Positions 26,055-36,367 of a DNA stretch of 49,267 nt are shown piece after piece. The translations under genes were made by a program, and so were the position numbers. Positions within the stretch are counted from its first letter, which is position 1, and every line of letters starts with the position of its first letter. Below the pieces are notes generated by a model. The model searched no databases and was not told where the DNA came from. It was given only the letters and a program-made list of their open reading frames with translations. Origin of the DNA: Eubacteriales bacterium (GTDB lineage Bacteria > Bacillota > Clostridia > Oscillospirales > CAG-382); NCBI GenBank assembly GCA_045577475.1, contig JAZNIM010000249.1, positions 1-49,267 on the forward strand. Reading direction: 5' to 3'.

Positions 26055-26205
26055 GATTTTAAGCACACTTTTTTTCAAGAAATAATACAACCGATAAATA
26101 TTTAATAATTATTACGCAGTTGTTTACCTTTAATCAACAGTTTATATCAAATAAACAGTAATTTTTCTTGTATAATTATAAAAAATAAATTTAGGATGGT
26201 TTTTT

Positions 26206-27219
26206 ATGAGTAAAAATAAAAAGGATACCTCCTGCAGACTGGGAACGGTTGGCGGTCAGGCGGTTCTTGAGGGTGTTATGATGAAGTCGGGTGACAGAGT
26301 TGCCCTTTCCGTCAGAGGCATGGACGGCAACATTACCACCGAAACAAGCACCTTTGTTTCAAAGAGAAAAAAGCACAAAATTCTTGATTTACCAATCATC
26401 AGAGGCGTTGTGAACTTTGTGGAGTCCATGGTTCTCAGCATGAAAATTCTCAACCGCTCGGCTGATTTACTTGGTATTGAGGAGGAAGAATCCAAATTTG
26501 AAAAATGGCTGAGTAAGACTCTCGGCAAAAGTGCAGCTGCAATTGCTTCGGTTATCGGAACGGTTCTCGGTCTTGCACTTTCGGTTTTTCTTTTCATGTA
26601 TCTTCCCTCACTTATTTCGGATTTTACCGACAGATTTTACGATGCACAGCTTTTCAAGAGTGTGGTTGAAGGCGTAACAAAAATTCTTATTTTCATACTT
26701 TACATCGTACTTTGCGGACTTATTCCCGACATGAAGCGTGTTTTCCAGTATCACGGTGCAGAGCACAAATCCATCTTTTGCTTTGAATCAGGAGATGAGC
26801 TTACCCCCGAAAACGTAAAAAAGCACTCTCGCTTTCATCCGAGATGCGGTACGAGCTTCCTTTTTGTAATGATGTTTATCAGCATATTCATTTCTGTTCT
26901 GTATATCGACCTGCCAAGAGCTATCAGAGTTTGTGTAAAGCTTGCAATTCTTCCCCTTATTGTGGGTATCGGCTATGAGTTTATCAAATTTGCAGGCACT
27001 CACAACAACATTGTTATAAGAGCTCTTTCAGCACCCGGTCTATGGGTACAGCGTCTTACAACAAAGGAGCCCGACTTAAAACAGATTGAAGTGGCAATTG
27101 CTTCTCTCAAGGCCTCCCTTCCCGACATTTATCCCGAGGCTGAAAAAGTGGTTTTATCCGAAGAAAGCCGCTCTGAGGAAAAAGCAGAACAAGAAACTAC
27201 AGGCACTGAAAACAATTGA
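26206..27219 (+). CDS. DUF1385 family membrane protein (prmC-associated)
   Basis: 337 aa. It has GGQAVLEGVMMK and HGAEHK motifs plus several TM segments. It sits directly upstream of prmC. Confidence 0.75.
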   Translation: MSKNKKDTSCRLGTVGGQAVLEGVMMKSGDRVALSVRGMDGNITTETSTFVSKRKKHKILDLPIIRGVVNFVESMVLSMKILNRSADLLGIEEEESKFEKWLSKTLGKSAAAIASVIGTVLGLALSVFLFMYLPSLISDFTDRFYDAQLFKSVVEGVTKILIFILYIVLCGLIPDMKRVFQYHGAEHKSIFCFESGDELTPENVKKHSRFHPRCGTSFLFVMMFISIFISVLYIDLPRAIRVCVKLAILPLIVGIGYEFIKFAGTHNNIVIRALSAPGLWVQRLTTKEPDLKQIEVAIASLKASLPDIYPEAEKVVLSEESRSEEKAEQETTGTENN

Positions 27220-27233
27220 ACATATAACGGAAA

Positions 27234-28070
27234 ATGACATACAACGAATTTAAATCCATTTATTTACCAAAACTAAAAGACATTACAGACAATGCAGCCT
27301 TTGAGCTTGAATCCCTTATCCTTGCGGCATCCGGCATGAAAAAAGCAGAACTGCTTTTAAAGCGTTCAAACCACATGAGTGATGAGATTTTTTCTACTCT
27401 TGACGGGTTTGTTCAAAGACGCATTAACCGTGAGCCGCTTCAATATATTCTCGGGGAATGGGAATTCTTCGGTCTGAGAATGTTTTGCGGCGACGGGTGT
27501 CTTATTCCCCGCCCCGAAACTGAATTGTTGGCTGACATTGCCATCAAGACCATTCCTCGCAACGGCAAAATTCTTGACCTTTGTACGGGCAGCGGCTGCA
27601 TTTGCGTTGCAATTTTAAACAACCGTCCCGATGTTACGGCAGTAGCTGTTGACATTTCGGACAAGGCACTTGGTTACGCAAAGAAAAATGCCGCCTATCA
27701 CAACATTTCCGCCGAAAGACTTCAGTTTGTGCAGGCGGACATTTACGACTATGTTCCAAATGATTTCTTTGATTTTATTGTTTCAAATCCTCCCTACATC
27801 AAGTCGGCAGATATTGAAACGCTTCAGCCTGAGGTAAGACACGAGCCTTTGATTGCCCTTGACGGCGGTTATGACGGACTTGATTTTTACAAGCTTATTG
27901 CTAAGTACTATGCAAAAAAGTATCTCAACCGTGGCGGCTGCTGTGCAGTTGAAGTAGGCTACGACATCTCAGAGGAGGTTGCGGCAATATTCCGCTCACA
28001 GAAGTTTGACTCCTCAATAATACGTGACAGCTTTGAGGTTGACAGAGTTTGTGTTTCAAAAAAGCAATAA
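27234..28070 (+). CDS. prmC: Peptide chain release factor N5-glutamine methyltransferase
   Basis: 278 aa. It has EPLQYILGEWEFFG, the SAM motif LDLCTGSGCI and the catalytic VSNPPYI. Confidence 0.9.
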   Translation: MTYNEFKSIYLPKLKDITDNAAFELESLILAASGMKKAELLLKRSNHMSDEIFSTLDGFVQRRINREPLQYILGEWEFFGLRMFCGDGCLIPRPETELLADIAIKTIPRNGKILDLCTGSGCICVAILNNRPDVTAVAVDISDKALGYAKKNAAYHNISAERLQFVQADIYDYVPNDFFDFIVSNPPYIKSADIETLQPEVRHEPLIALDGGYDGLDFYKLIAKYYAKKYLNRGGCCAVEVGYDISEEVAAIFRSQKFDSSIIRDSFEVDRVCVSKKQ

Positions 28071-28077
28071 AAAATAC

Positions 28078-28113
28078 AGGGTTACGGTTATTCTAAGCCG
28101 CAGCCCTTTTTTT
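28078..28113. terminator. Bidirectional terminator between the convergent prmC and DUF3810 genes
   Basis: AGGGTTACGG...CCGCAGCCCT forms a 10-bp stem with one mismatch and one G-U pair. A T7 run follows on the plus strand and a T-rich tract follows on the minus strand. Confidence 0.7.
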
Positions 28114-28123
28114 CATCGTCAAA

Positions 28124-29242
28124 TTACTCCGATTTTTCCTTTTGAATATATGCATGATACAGCTCAATTACAAGACCGTAGCTTTTCACCCCGTCCTCTT
28201 TACCCATGGTTTTAAGATAGGTATCATTTACACTTTCCGCAACCACAGATACCGCTGAATTCGTGTACTTTTCAAAAAACTTATAATATGCATACATTTC
28301 CTTTAATATAACTTCAGGAGTCTTGTCAACAAGCTCATTATACATTTCTTCATCCTGCTTAAAAGTGGCATCCAGAAAATAGTCATACATGTTCATAAGT
28401 GCCGCATATTCAAGATATTCGTCACCGCTTGCCATACAGGCAAGAAATGCCATAAAGTTCGCCTCATCCTCGCTTGCAATTCCCCTCTGATGTGCCTTTT
28501 CATGGGCAATTGTAAAGGCAACAACATAATCGGGATAGTTGGTATTAACATTTGCCTCACCCGTAAAAGGCATATACATTCCCGAAATATGGGTATATGT
28601 CATAAGTTTTGACAGGAGTATCGGCTTTGACTTACCAATCATAACGGATTTATAAACACCGCTTTGTGACAATGCATCATAGCCTTTATCAATAAGGCTG
28701 TCCGTTTCAGAAAAGGTGTGCGGATTTACGGATGCACCGCTTTTGTCAAATTTCACATTATTTGACGCTGACTCCAAAAGTGCTCTTGTATACAAAGCAT
28801 CCTCATAAAGCTGCTGTCTTGAAAGCTCTTTTCGTTCAAGCTCCAATCTGCTTGCCAAAGGTGAGGCAAAATAGCATACGCCGAAAACGTTGATAAAAAT
28901 GAACGTAGAAGCAAATATTACAATTAAAAGCCTTTTAAAAAAAGCTCGGATATTGAAATTCTTTTTTATTATGCAAACTATGGAGTATGAAACTGCAACA
29001 ATTATCAACAATGGGACAATAATTACGCACAGCTCTGCCAGAGAAAACGGCAAAAAGCCGGTAATTGCCGAAAACGCAAGCCGCAAAAAAGCACCGACGG
29101 AGGAATTATACCAATCTGCAAAACCGCTTTTTATTATGCTCAATATCAATATAAGTGCAGTAAATATAAACAAAGACAGGGTGATATAAAGCACCCTGTT
29201 GATTGTTTTACCCTCTGAATTTTTATCAGTCATTATTTTCAA
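28124..29242 (-). CDS. DUF3810 family membrane protein with an HExxH motif (putative Zn-metallopeptidase)
   Basis: 372 aa. It has N-terminal TM segments and TIAHEKAHQRGIASEDEANF. The start overlaps the PBP2 stop; the alternative ATG 29233 overlaps it too. Confidence 0.7.
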   Translation of the reverse strand: MKIMTDKNSEGKTINRVLYITLSLFIFTALILILSIIKSGFADWYNSSVGAFLRLAFSAITGFLPFSLAELCVIIVPLLIIVAVSYSIVCIIKKNFNIRAFFKRLLIVIFASTFIFINVFGVCYFASPLASRLELERKELSRQQLYEDALYTRALLESASNNVKFDKSGASVNPHTFSETDSLIDKGYDALSQSGVYKSVMIGKSKPILLSKLMTYTHISGMYMPFTGEANVNTNYPDYVVAFTIAHEKAHQRGIASEDEANFMAFLACMASGDEYLEYAALMNMYDYFLDATFKQDEEMYNELVDKTPEVILKEMYAYYKFFEKYTNSAVSVVAESVNDTYLKTMGKEDGVKSYGLVIELYHAYIQKEKSE

Positions 29243-31367
29243 GATCCTGAACTACCTCATCGTTTTCATCATCATTTTCTTGTGTTTCATCCGTTTTCTG
29301 AGCTTCAAAATAGTGATCAAACACAGCTTTTGCAACGTCTGCCGCTCTGTTACTCTGGTAGCCGTTTTCAATTACAACGGAAACAACTATTTCGGGATTA
29401 TCATAGGGAGCAAAGCCGACGAAAAGTGCAGTATCGCTTCCCTTTCCCATCTGAGCCGTACCCGTTTTACCTCCAACCTCGTATTCGTAATCATCGAATA
29501 CCGTCTTTGCCGTACCGTCAACCACAACGGACTTCATGGCACTTTTAAGAATATTGATATATCTTTGCGGTATATCAAGCTCCTCAAGGACAACAGGCTC
29601 ATTTTCAAACACCGTTTCGCCTGTATAATAATCCACAACACTGTCAAGCAGTGTTGCTTTATATCTTGTACCGCCGTTTACAACCGTACACATATACGCA
29701 CAAAGCTGCAGTGGTGTAAATGCATTATCCGACTGCCCGATTGCAGCCTGAAGCGTGTCACCCGGATTCCACAACAGACCTATACTGTCACGGTATTCCG
29801 GTCCTGCAAGTATACCCGTATATTCGGGTATCTCTATCCCTGTTTCTTTTCCAAGTCCCAGCATCGAAGCATATTCCACAAGAGTTTCAATTCCCATGTC
29901 ATCACCAAGCTTATAGAAGAAGTAGTTACAGGAGTTTTCAATAGCTCCTCTTACATCCAAAAAGCCGTGGGTAGTTCCTCTGCTGCCATATATCCAGCAT
30001 TCGGGAGAATAGCCGTGATATTTTTCATATGCACCTGCATCATAAATAAGTGTGTTTTCATTTATTGCTCCCGAACACAAGCCCGCAATTGCTGAAGCTA
30101 TTTTAAAGGTTGAACCGGGAGGATAAAGTCCCTGTGTTGAGCGGTTGAGAAAAGGTCTTGCATCATCTGCGTTAAGCTCGGCAAAGTCCTTAGAAAAGGT
30201 ATTGAGGTCATAGCTCGGATAGCTTGCCGAAGCAAGAACCTCGGCAGTATTTGCATTCATAACCACAACGCTTCCCGATTTACAGTCTTCCCCGTTATTC
30301 GGAATAATATCCGAAAGACCTGCAGAACGTGCTCCCGTTATCTGTTCCTTCAATGCTTGCTCGGCAACCATCTGCATATCTGCGTCAAGGGTCAGATTTA
30401 CAGAATAACCGTTTTCCGTTCCCTTAACAACGTTTTTACCAATGATATTATTATTTTCATCAAGCTCTATCTGCATCAGACCGTCAAAGCCGTGCAAATA
30501 GCTTTCAAATGCCTTTTCAGCCCCGTCTTTACCGATTACAGCATCATAATCATAGCCTTTATTTACAACATATTCTTCTGTTTCATCGCTTGAAAGCTTT
30601 CCCGTTGTTCCGAGAATATGGCAAGCAAGGCTGCCGTAGTTATAGAATCTTGAATCGGTAGTAGTTATTTCAATACCATGCATTGTATGCAGACTCTCGG
30701 CAAAAACGTTTCTTGTAACCTCATCGATATCCTTTATGAGCGTATAGGTATGAAGGAACTCGAAGTCATTGACATCCATATCATATCTCAGTCCCACAAG
30801 TTTTCTGTACATTGAGTCTTTGCGGACTTCCTCATCAATACCGTATTTTTCGCAAAGATATTCGTAAAGGCTGTTCTCATCTCCGATAACATCGCCTGGT
30901 TCAAGATTATTATTTTTAATGAATTTATTCAGCTTTTTTTCTTTATCCGCATCAAAAATATATTCATTATCCAGCACATACGGATACACCGCCGATACAG
31001 GAAGGCTGTCAGAAACAGAAACATTATGTCTTATGCAAAATTTTATAAATTCAAGCAGTGTAGTATTATAATCATTTGAATCAAGAGTTGCTTTATTGAT
31101 ACTTATGTTATACTGCTTTTTATTTGACACAAGAAGCTTTCCGTTACGGTCATATATCTGACCGCGGCTCATCTCTATTCTTTGTTCCTTAAAGGTCTTG
31201 GGAACAGCGATGGATGCATAATAATCACGTTTCACAACTTGCAGGTGAAAAAGACGAACAAAAAACAGAAGGATAACTACACCGAACAATACAGCTACAA
31301 CCGTTATTCTCAGCATATCTATACTTTTGTTCAGTGTTCTTTTATCCTTCTGCTTAAACATTATCAT
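29226..31367 (-). CDS. Class B penicillin-binding protein (PBP2-type peptidoglycan D,D-transpeptidase)
   Basis: 713 aa. It has an N-terminal TM anchor, then GSTFK (SxxK), NSCN (SxN) and KTGTA (KTG). The C-terminal tail is acidic (ETQENDDENDEVVQDLENND). Confidence 0.85.
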   Translation of the reverse strand: MIMFKQKDKRTLNKSIDMLRITVVAVLFGVVILLFFVRLFHLQVVKRDYYASIAVPKTFKEQRIEMSRGQIYDRNGKLLVSNKKQYNISINKATLDSNDYNTTLLEFIKFCIRHNVSVSDSLPVSAVYPYVLDNEYIFDADKEKKLNKFIKNNNLEPGDVIGDENSLYEYLCEKYGIDEEVRKDSMYRKLVGLRYDMDVNDFEFLHTYTLIKDIDEVTRNVFAESLHTMHGIEITTTDSRFYNYGSLACHILGTTGKLSSDETEEYVVNKGYDYDAVIGKDGAEKAFESYLHGFDGLMQIELDENNNIIGKNVVKGTENGYSVNLTLDADMQMVAEQALKEQITGARSAGLSDIIPNNGEDCKSGSVVVMNANTAEVLASASYPSYDLNTFSKDFAELNADDARPFLNRSTQGLYPPGSTFKIASAIAGLCSGAINENTLIYDAGAYEKYHGYSPECWIYGSRGTTHGFLDVRGAIENSCNYFFYKLGDDMGIETLVEYASMLGLGKETGIEIPEYTGILAGPEYRDSIGLLWNPGDTLQAAIGQSDNAFTPLQLCAYMCTVVNGGTRYKATLLDSVVDYYTGETVFENEPVVLEELDIPQRYINILKSAMKSVVVDGTAKTVFDDYEYEVGGKTGTAQMGKGSDTALFVGFAPYDNPEIVVSVVIENGYQSNRAADVAKAVFDHYFEAQKTDETQENDDENDEVVQDLENND

Positions 31368-31382
31368 TTCTCCAAAATAAAG

Positions 31383-32066
31383 TTAAAGATTTCCAATCAT
31401 ATCCTTTGCAACAAAGCAGGCACGTTTTGCCGCAATAGCTGCCATTTCATTAAAGGACATGTCTGCCTTTTCATCGGCATTATCGCTCATTGCACGTATT
31501 ACCACAAAGGGAATCGAGTTAAGAACGCACACATGAGCAACAGCCGCACCCTCCATTTCTGTGCAAAGGCTGTTATAGGTTTCACCCAGTCTTTTAACAA
31601 CTGCACTATCCTCAACGAATTGGTCGCCTGTTACAATCATACCAATGCCGTATCTGAAGCCGCTTTCGGCATCTTTAAGCTTTTTACATGCATCCTCACA
31701 AAGCTTAACCAGCTTTTCATCAGCCTTAAACACCGAGGTATAAGGACTGTACTTATCAAGCACATCTATGGGTGTAAAATCATGATATGTAAGGGCACTT
31801 GAAATAGCAACGTCACAAATTCCAAGCTCTTTTGTGGTACAGCCTGCAACGCCCGAATTTATCACACATTCAACACCGAACAAATCTATAAGACGCTGGG
31901 TATTTGCTGCCGCATTTACCTTTCCCACGCCCACAAGGCTTATGTAAACCGAGTGTCCGTTATACTTACCCTCGTAAATTCCCTTGATTTTGGTTTCTAC
32001 CGCCTCAAAGTCATGACAAAACTGCTCCACTTCACAGTCAAGAGCACCAATTATTCCAATTTTCAT
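31383..32066 (-). CDS. mtnN: 5'-methylthioadenosine/S-adenosylhomocysteine nucleosidase
   Basis: 227 aa. It has MKIGIIGALDCEVE, TEMEGAAVAHVC and RAMSD. Confidence 0.85.
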   Translation of the reverse strand: MKIGIIGALDCEVEQFCHDFEAVETKIKGIYEGKYNGHSVYISLVGVGKVNAAANTQRLIDLFGVECVINSGVAGCTTKELGICDVAISSALTYHDFTPIDVLDKYSPYTSVFKADEKLVKLCEDACKKLKDAESGFRYGIGMIVTGDQFVEDSAVVKRLGETYNSLCTEMEGAAVAHVCVLNSIPFVVIRAMSDNADEKADMSFNEMAAIAAKRACFVAKDMIGNL

Positions 32067-32085
32067 AAAATTCTCCGTATTTCAA

Positions 32086-33360
32086 TTAATCAAGGTAATC
32101 GCGAAGTCTTTTTGAGCGGCTGGGATGACGAAGCTTACGCAGAGCCTTTGCTTCAATCTGTCTGATACGCTCACGGGTGATATTGAACACCTTGCCTACT
32201 TCCTCAAGTGTACGTGTTCTTCCGTCTTCAAGACCGAATCTGAGCTTGAGAACGTGTTCTTCTCTCGGTGTAAGGGTATGAAGAACCTCACAAAGCTGTT
32301 CTCTGAGAAGTGTATAGGATGCCGCTTCCGCAGGTGCAGGGGCGTCATCATCGGGAATGAAGTCACCGAGGTGGCTGTCCTCCTCCTCACCGATAGGTGT
32401 TTCAAGGCTGACAGGCTCCTGAGCAAGCTTCATAATATCTCTTACCTTTTCAACGCTCATATTCATTTTTGCAGCAATTTCCTCAGTGGAGGCTTCGTGA
32501 CCAAGCTCCTGAAGAAGCTGTCTTGAAACTCTCAGCACCTTATTGATGGTTTCAACCATGTGAACGGGAATTCTGATGGTTCTTGCCTGATCGGCAATTG
32601 CACGGGTGATTGCCTGACGAATCCACCAGGTTGCGTAGGTAGAGAACTTATAGCCCTTGGTATAGTCAAACTTTTCAACAGCCTTCATAAGACCAAGGTT
32701 ACCCTCCTGAATAAGGTCAAGGAAGAACATACCTCTGCCCACGTATCTTTTTGCAATACTTACAACAAGTCTGAGGTTACTCTCAACCAGCTTCTGCTTT
32801 GCACTTTCATCGCCGTTCGCCATTTTTTCCGCAAGAGAAAGCTCCTGTTCTGTGCTGAGAAGGTCAACCTTACCGATTTCTTTAAGATACATCTTAACGG
32901 GGTCATCGATAATCAAGCCGTCCTGAGCAAGAAGGGAATCGTTTTCGTCGTCGCCATCATAGCCGTCGATATTATCAACATTTGCAAGACCTGCTTCAAG
33001 GTCGCTGAAGGAATCATCAGTATAACCCGTTACTTCAATACCCAGGTTTTCAATGGTTTCCATGAGCTTTTCCATATTCTCTACGTCAAGCTCTTCTTCA
33101 TCCAGCACCTCAAGGATTTCTTCATTGGTAAGAGAACCCTTTGCCTTACCCTTTTCCAAAAGCTCCTGAATGTCATTTTTCTTTTTAGTCTGCTCAGGTG
33201 CTGCGCCACCCTCGGCAGCCGCTTCCTTTTTGGCAGTACGTGTTCTCTTTTTCTTTTCGGTTTTTTCTTCCTGTGCAGAGTCCTGTTCTGTGGCTGCTTG
33301 TTCATTCTGCTCAACAACGTTTTCTTCAAGAATTTCTGCAGCTTCCTTCTTTTTAGCCAT
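32086..33360 (-). CDS. rpoD: Primary RNA polymerase sigma factor
   Basis: Track ORF runs to 33384. I prefer ATG 33360, preceded by GAAAGGAAG. It has an acidic N-terminus, region 2 ([14 protein letters not shown]) and region 4.2 ([28 protein letters not shown]). Confidence 0.95.
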   Translation of the reverse strand: MAKKKEAAEILEENVVEQNEQAATEQDSAQEEKTEKKKRTRTAKKEAAAEGGAAPEQTKKKNDIQELLEKGKAKGSLTNEEILEVLDEEELDVENMEKLMETIENLGIEVTGYTDDSFSDLEAGLANVDNIDGYDGDDENDSLLAQDGLIIDDPVKMYLKEIGKVDLLSTEQELSLAEKMANGDESAKQKLVESNLRLVVSIAKRYVGRGMFFLDLIQEGNLGLMKAVEKFDYTKGYKFSTYATWWIRQAITRAIADQARTIRIPVHMVETINKVLRVSRQLLQELGHEASTEEIAAKMNMSVEKVRDIMKLAQEPVSLETPIGEEEDSHLGDFIPDDDAPAPAEAASYTLLREQLCEVLHTLTPREEHVLKLRFGLEDGRTRTLEEVGKVFNITRERIRQIEAKALRKLRHPSRSKRLRDYLD

Positions 33361-33404
33361 ATATAACTTCCTTTCTGCCGGCACATGCCGTAATGAATAT
33401 TTAA

Positions 33405-35210
33405 CTATTTATTTCCGACGCCCTTATCCGCCTTTGCTTTTGCGATTATATCCATAAGGTCATCATTGGAATCAATATTTTTCTTCACGGTATTAAGACG
33501 CATTTTTTCTTTTTTCAGAGCGGCAATCTGCTCATTAAGAGCCTTTGTTCCGTTTGACGAAAGCTCCTGACGGCGGAATTTCATATCAAAAATCCTTGAT
33601 ATTTCCTCGGGAGTAAAACTTTCATTAAGACTTGACAGCTCTGTTTCGTTTGCTTTATAAAGCTCACTAATTGCAGTAAACACACGCTTACTGAAGCCTG
33701 TTACAAAGTCATCCTCCGTAATGGAGTCGCATTTTGCATATTCTTCGGGAAACAGCAAAATTATTCCGAGAATTCTCTCCTCTATTTCAACTGCCACGGG
33801 ACATGAAACAGCCTCGGGATTTATTCTGTCATCAAAATGGAGAGTCTTTTTCTGGATGCTTTCACGTTTTGCTATACTTTCCTGCTTTTCCGCTTTTCTG
33901 CGGCCTTTGGAAATTCTTGCATTTATACTGTCAACCTTAACCTCTGTAAGCTGGGAAAGTCTTTGAACGTATATATCCCGCTTAACCTCGGAATATATGC
34001 CTGCAATTACATTACAACACTCGTCAACGGCTCTCAGCTTTTCATCCGGGTTTGCAAGGTTATACTTTGTGAGTATGCCGTTAAGCTTAAAGTCAATCTG
34101 TCCCACCGAGCCTGACAAAAGCTGTTTGAAGGCTTCGGCACCGAACTTTTTAATATACTCATCAGGGTCCTTTGCCCCGTCCATCTTAATGATTTTGGTT
34201 TCAACGCCAACCTCATTAAGCATTGTCATTGCCTTATCTGCCGCTTTCTTACCCGCCTCATCGCTGTCATAGGCAAGATACGCTTTTTTTGCATATCTCG
34301 ACACTACTCTTGCATGCTCGCTTGTAATAGCCGTACCGAGAGTTGCAACCGCATTTGTAAAGCCTGCCTGATGCATTGCAATTACATCCATATAACCCTC
34401 GCACAGGATTATTTCTCCCCGGGAAACAAGATTGCTTTCAACGTTTCCGAGAAGAACATTCTTGGCGTAATTGAGGGCAAACAGATTCTTGCCTTTTCTG
34501 AAAACAACCGTATCCGAGGAGTTGAGGTACTTTGGCTTTGAGTCATCCATAACTCTGCCGCCGAAAGCAATTACATTTCCCGATGTATCAATAATGGGAA
34601 AAATCACTCGGTTTCGGAACATATCAAAGGGTTTTCCCGATTTCTGGGAAATACCGCACAGGAAGTTTTCTTTTATTTCATCCTGAGTATAACCAAGCTT
34701 TGTCAGCTTATTATACAAATCGTAAAAATCATTTTTTGCAAATCCAAGACCAAAGCGTTTTACCGTTGCACTCGAAAGCTGTCTTGAATTAAGATACTCA
34801 CGAGCCTGTGCACCGTCTTCCGACAAAAGATTTTCATAGAAAATTCTTGCCGCCGCTTTATTCATTGAAAAAGCTCTGTCACGGGTCAGCTTTGGCTTTT
34901 CGGCGTTTGAGTATTTTCTATCCTCCTGAGGCACCGTCATTCCGCACCTGTCGGCAAGGAAATTAACGGCATCCCTGTAATCAAGGTTTTCAATCTGCAT
35001 TATAAAGGTAATCACATCACCGCCGGCAGAGCAGCCGAAGCAATGGTAATTATCCTCGAAAACAGTAAATGACGGAGTTTTTTCGCTATGGAAGGGACAT
35101 CTGCCCACAAGGTTACGCCCTGCTCTTTTAAGCTCAACGTACCTTCCGATTACGTCCTGAATGGGAGAACGCATCTTTAATTCCTGTATAAACCCTTGCG
35201 GATATGCCAT
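33405..35210 (-). CDS. dnaG: DNA primase
   Basis: 601 aa. It has the CHC2 zinc finger [13 protein letters not shown]...CFGC and the TOPRIM segment [10 protein letters not shown]. Confidence 0.95.
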   Translation of the reverse strand: MAYPQGFIQELKMRSPIQDVIGRYVELKRAGRNLVGRCPFHSEKTPSFTVFEDNYHCFGCSAGGDVITFIMQIENLDYRDAVNFLADRCGMTVPQEDRKYSNAEKPKLTRDRAFSMNKAAARIFYENLLSEDGAQAREYLNSRQLSSATVKRFGLGFAKNDFYDLYNKLTKLGYTQDEIKENFLCGISQKSGKPFDMFRNRVIFPIIDTSGNVIAFGGRVMDDSKPKYLNSSDTVVFRKGKNLFALNYAKNVLLGNVESNLVSRGEIILCEGYMDVIAMHQAGFTNAVATLGTAITSEHARVVSRYAKKAYLAYDSDEAGKKAADKAMTMLNEVGVETKIIKMDGAKDPDEYIKKFGAEAFKQLLSGSVGQIDFKLNGILTKYNLANPDEKLRAVDECCNVIAGIYSEVKRDIYVQRLSQLTEVKVDSINARISKGRRKAEKQESIAKRESIQKKTLHFDDRINPEAVSCPVAVEIEERILGIILLFPEEYAKCDSITEDDFVTGFSKRVFTAISELYKANETELSSLNESFTPEEISRIFDMKFRRQELSSNGTKALNEQIAALKKEKMRLNTVKKNIDSNDDLMDIIAKAKADKGVGNK

Positions 35211-35246
35211 GCGTTCACCTCCACTCTAAAACTTAAAGCTATCGCA

Positions 35247-36278
35247 TCAGATTATTGCCCATTTTTTTGGAACGAACAGGTTTTCAAAGGTCTGCACCGC
35301 AAATCTGTCGGTCATACAACCGAGATAATCACACACCGTCCGTTCAAGGCTGGTATTATAATTAAGATTTTTTCTGTATTCAAACGGTATTTTTTCAGAA
35401 TTTTTGCAGAAGTAATCATACATTCTGTTAATCATATCGCATGCCTTCGTTTCCTCGCTTTTTGCCACGGGATTAAAGTACACGTTATCAAACAGGAATT
35501 TTCTGAGTGCCATGGTGCTTTCATATATATCGGCTTCCATTTCCACCTTACATTCCCCTGCATCAAATCTTCTTTTTGTTGCTCGTATTACGCTTTTGAC
35601 CATGGTATCAATACGTGCCGAATGGCTTTCGCCAAGCACCGCACAAAGACCGAAGGGTATATCGCTTGAGCTTAGAACTCCTGCACGGATTGCATCGTCT
35701 ATATCGTGATTTATGTAAGCAATTCTATCAGCAATTTTTATAATGTTTCCCTCAGGAGTGATGGCATTTGTATCACCCGTATGGCAAACGATACCGTCAC
35801 GAACCTCTTTTGTAAGATTAAGTCCCTTGCCGTCACGTTCAATTACTTCAACAACACGAAGACTCTGCTCATTATGCTTAAAGCCTTCGGGGCACAGCTT
35901 ATCAAGCTCTCGCTCTCCTGCATGACCGAAGGGTGTGTGTCCAAGGTCATGACCAAGTGCTATTGCTTCCGTCAAATCTTCATTGAGTCTTAGTGCTCTT
36001 GCAATGGTTCTTCCGATTTGCGACACCTCAAGGGTATGGGTAAGCCTTGTTCTGTAATGGTCACCTTCGGGACTGAGAAAGCACTGGGTTTTATGCATGA
36101 GTCTGCGGAAGGATTTTGAGTGAATAATCCTATCTCTGTCACGCATAAACGGAGTTCTTATATCCGTATCTTCATCGGTTTCGGCACGTTCTCTGCCAAG
36201 AGAATTCTTGGAAAGTGTGGCAAATTCACACAGCCCCGACTCTGCAATTTCCGCAATACCATGCGTCAATTCGGACAT
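35247..36278 (-). CDS. dgt: dGTP triphosphohydrolase-like HD-domain protein
   Basis: 343 aa. It has RTRLTHTLEVSQIGR and LGHDLGHTPFGH. It occupies the classical position upstream of dnaG-rpoD. Confidence 0.85.
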   Translation of the reverse strand: MSELTHGIAEIAESGLCEFATLSKNSLGRERAETDEDTDIRTPFMRDRDRIIHSKSFRRLMHKTQCFLSPEGDHYRTRLTHTLEVSQIGRTIARALRLNEDLTEAIALGHDLGHTPFGHAGERELDKLCPEGFKHNEQSLRVVEVIERDGKGLNLTKEVRDGIVCHTGDTNAITPEGNIIKIADRIAYINHDIDDAIRAGVLSSSDIPFGLCAVLGESHSARIDTMVKSVIRATKRRFDAGECKVEMEADIYESTMALRKFLFDNVYFNPVAKSEETKACDMINRMYDYFCKNSEKIPFEYRKNLNYNTSLERTVCDYLGCMTDRFAVQTFENLFVPKKWAII

Positions 36279-36367
36279 AATATCAACTCCTTATATTCTC
36301 ATATACAAAAACTATTGAAAAAACACTTTTTTTATTTTTGCTTTTTCGACTAATTTACAATTTATTT

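Noticed and set aside
25998-26205. A 208-nt AT-rich divergent intergenic region, checked for a riboswitch, an sRNA or a small ORF.
   Set aside because: I found no ATG-initiated ORF and no stable conserved-looking helices. Its content is explained by the minus-strand promoter (26054-26026) and an ill-defined plus-strand promoter for the DUF1385 gene.
29199-30095. A 298-aa plus-strand ORF overlapping the DUF3810 start and the PBP2 3' half.
   Set aside because: It is antisense to a PBP with intact SxxK/SxN/KTG motifs. The translation is Cys/Phe/Ile-rich low-complexity sequence with no SD. This is the typical shadow ORF of a codon-biased gene.
32560-33366. A 268-aa plus-strand ORF antisense to rpoD, and the 101-aa minus-strand ORF 33081..33386 in another frame.
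   Set aside because: rpoD is unambiguous. The alternative frames give Leu/Phe/Cys-rich or Lys/Arg-rich nonsense derived from the acidic, Lys-rich N-terminal region.
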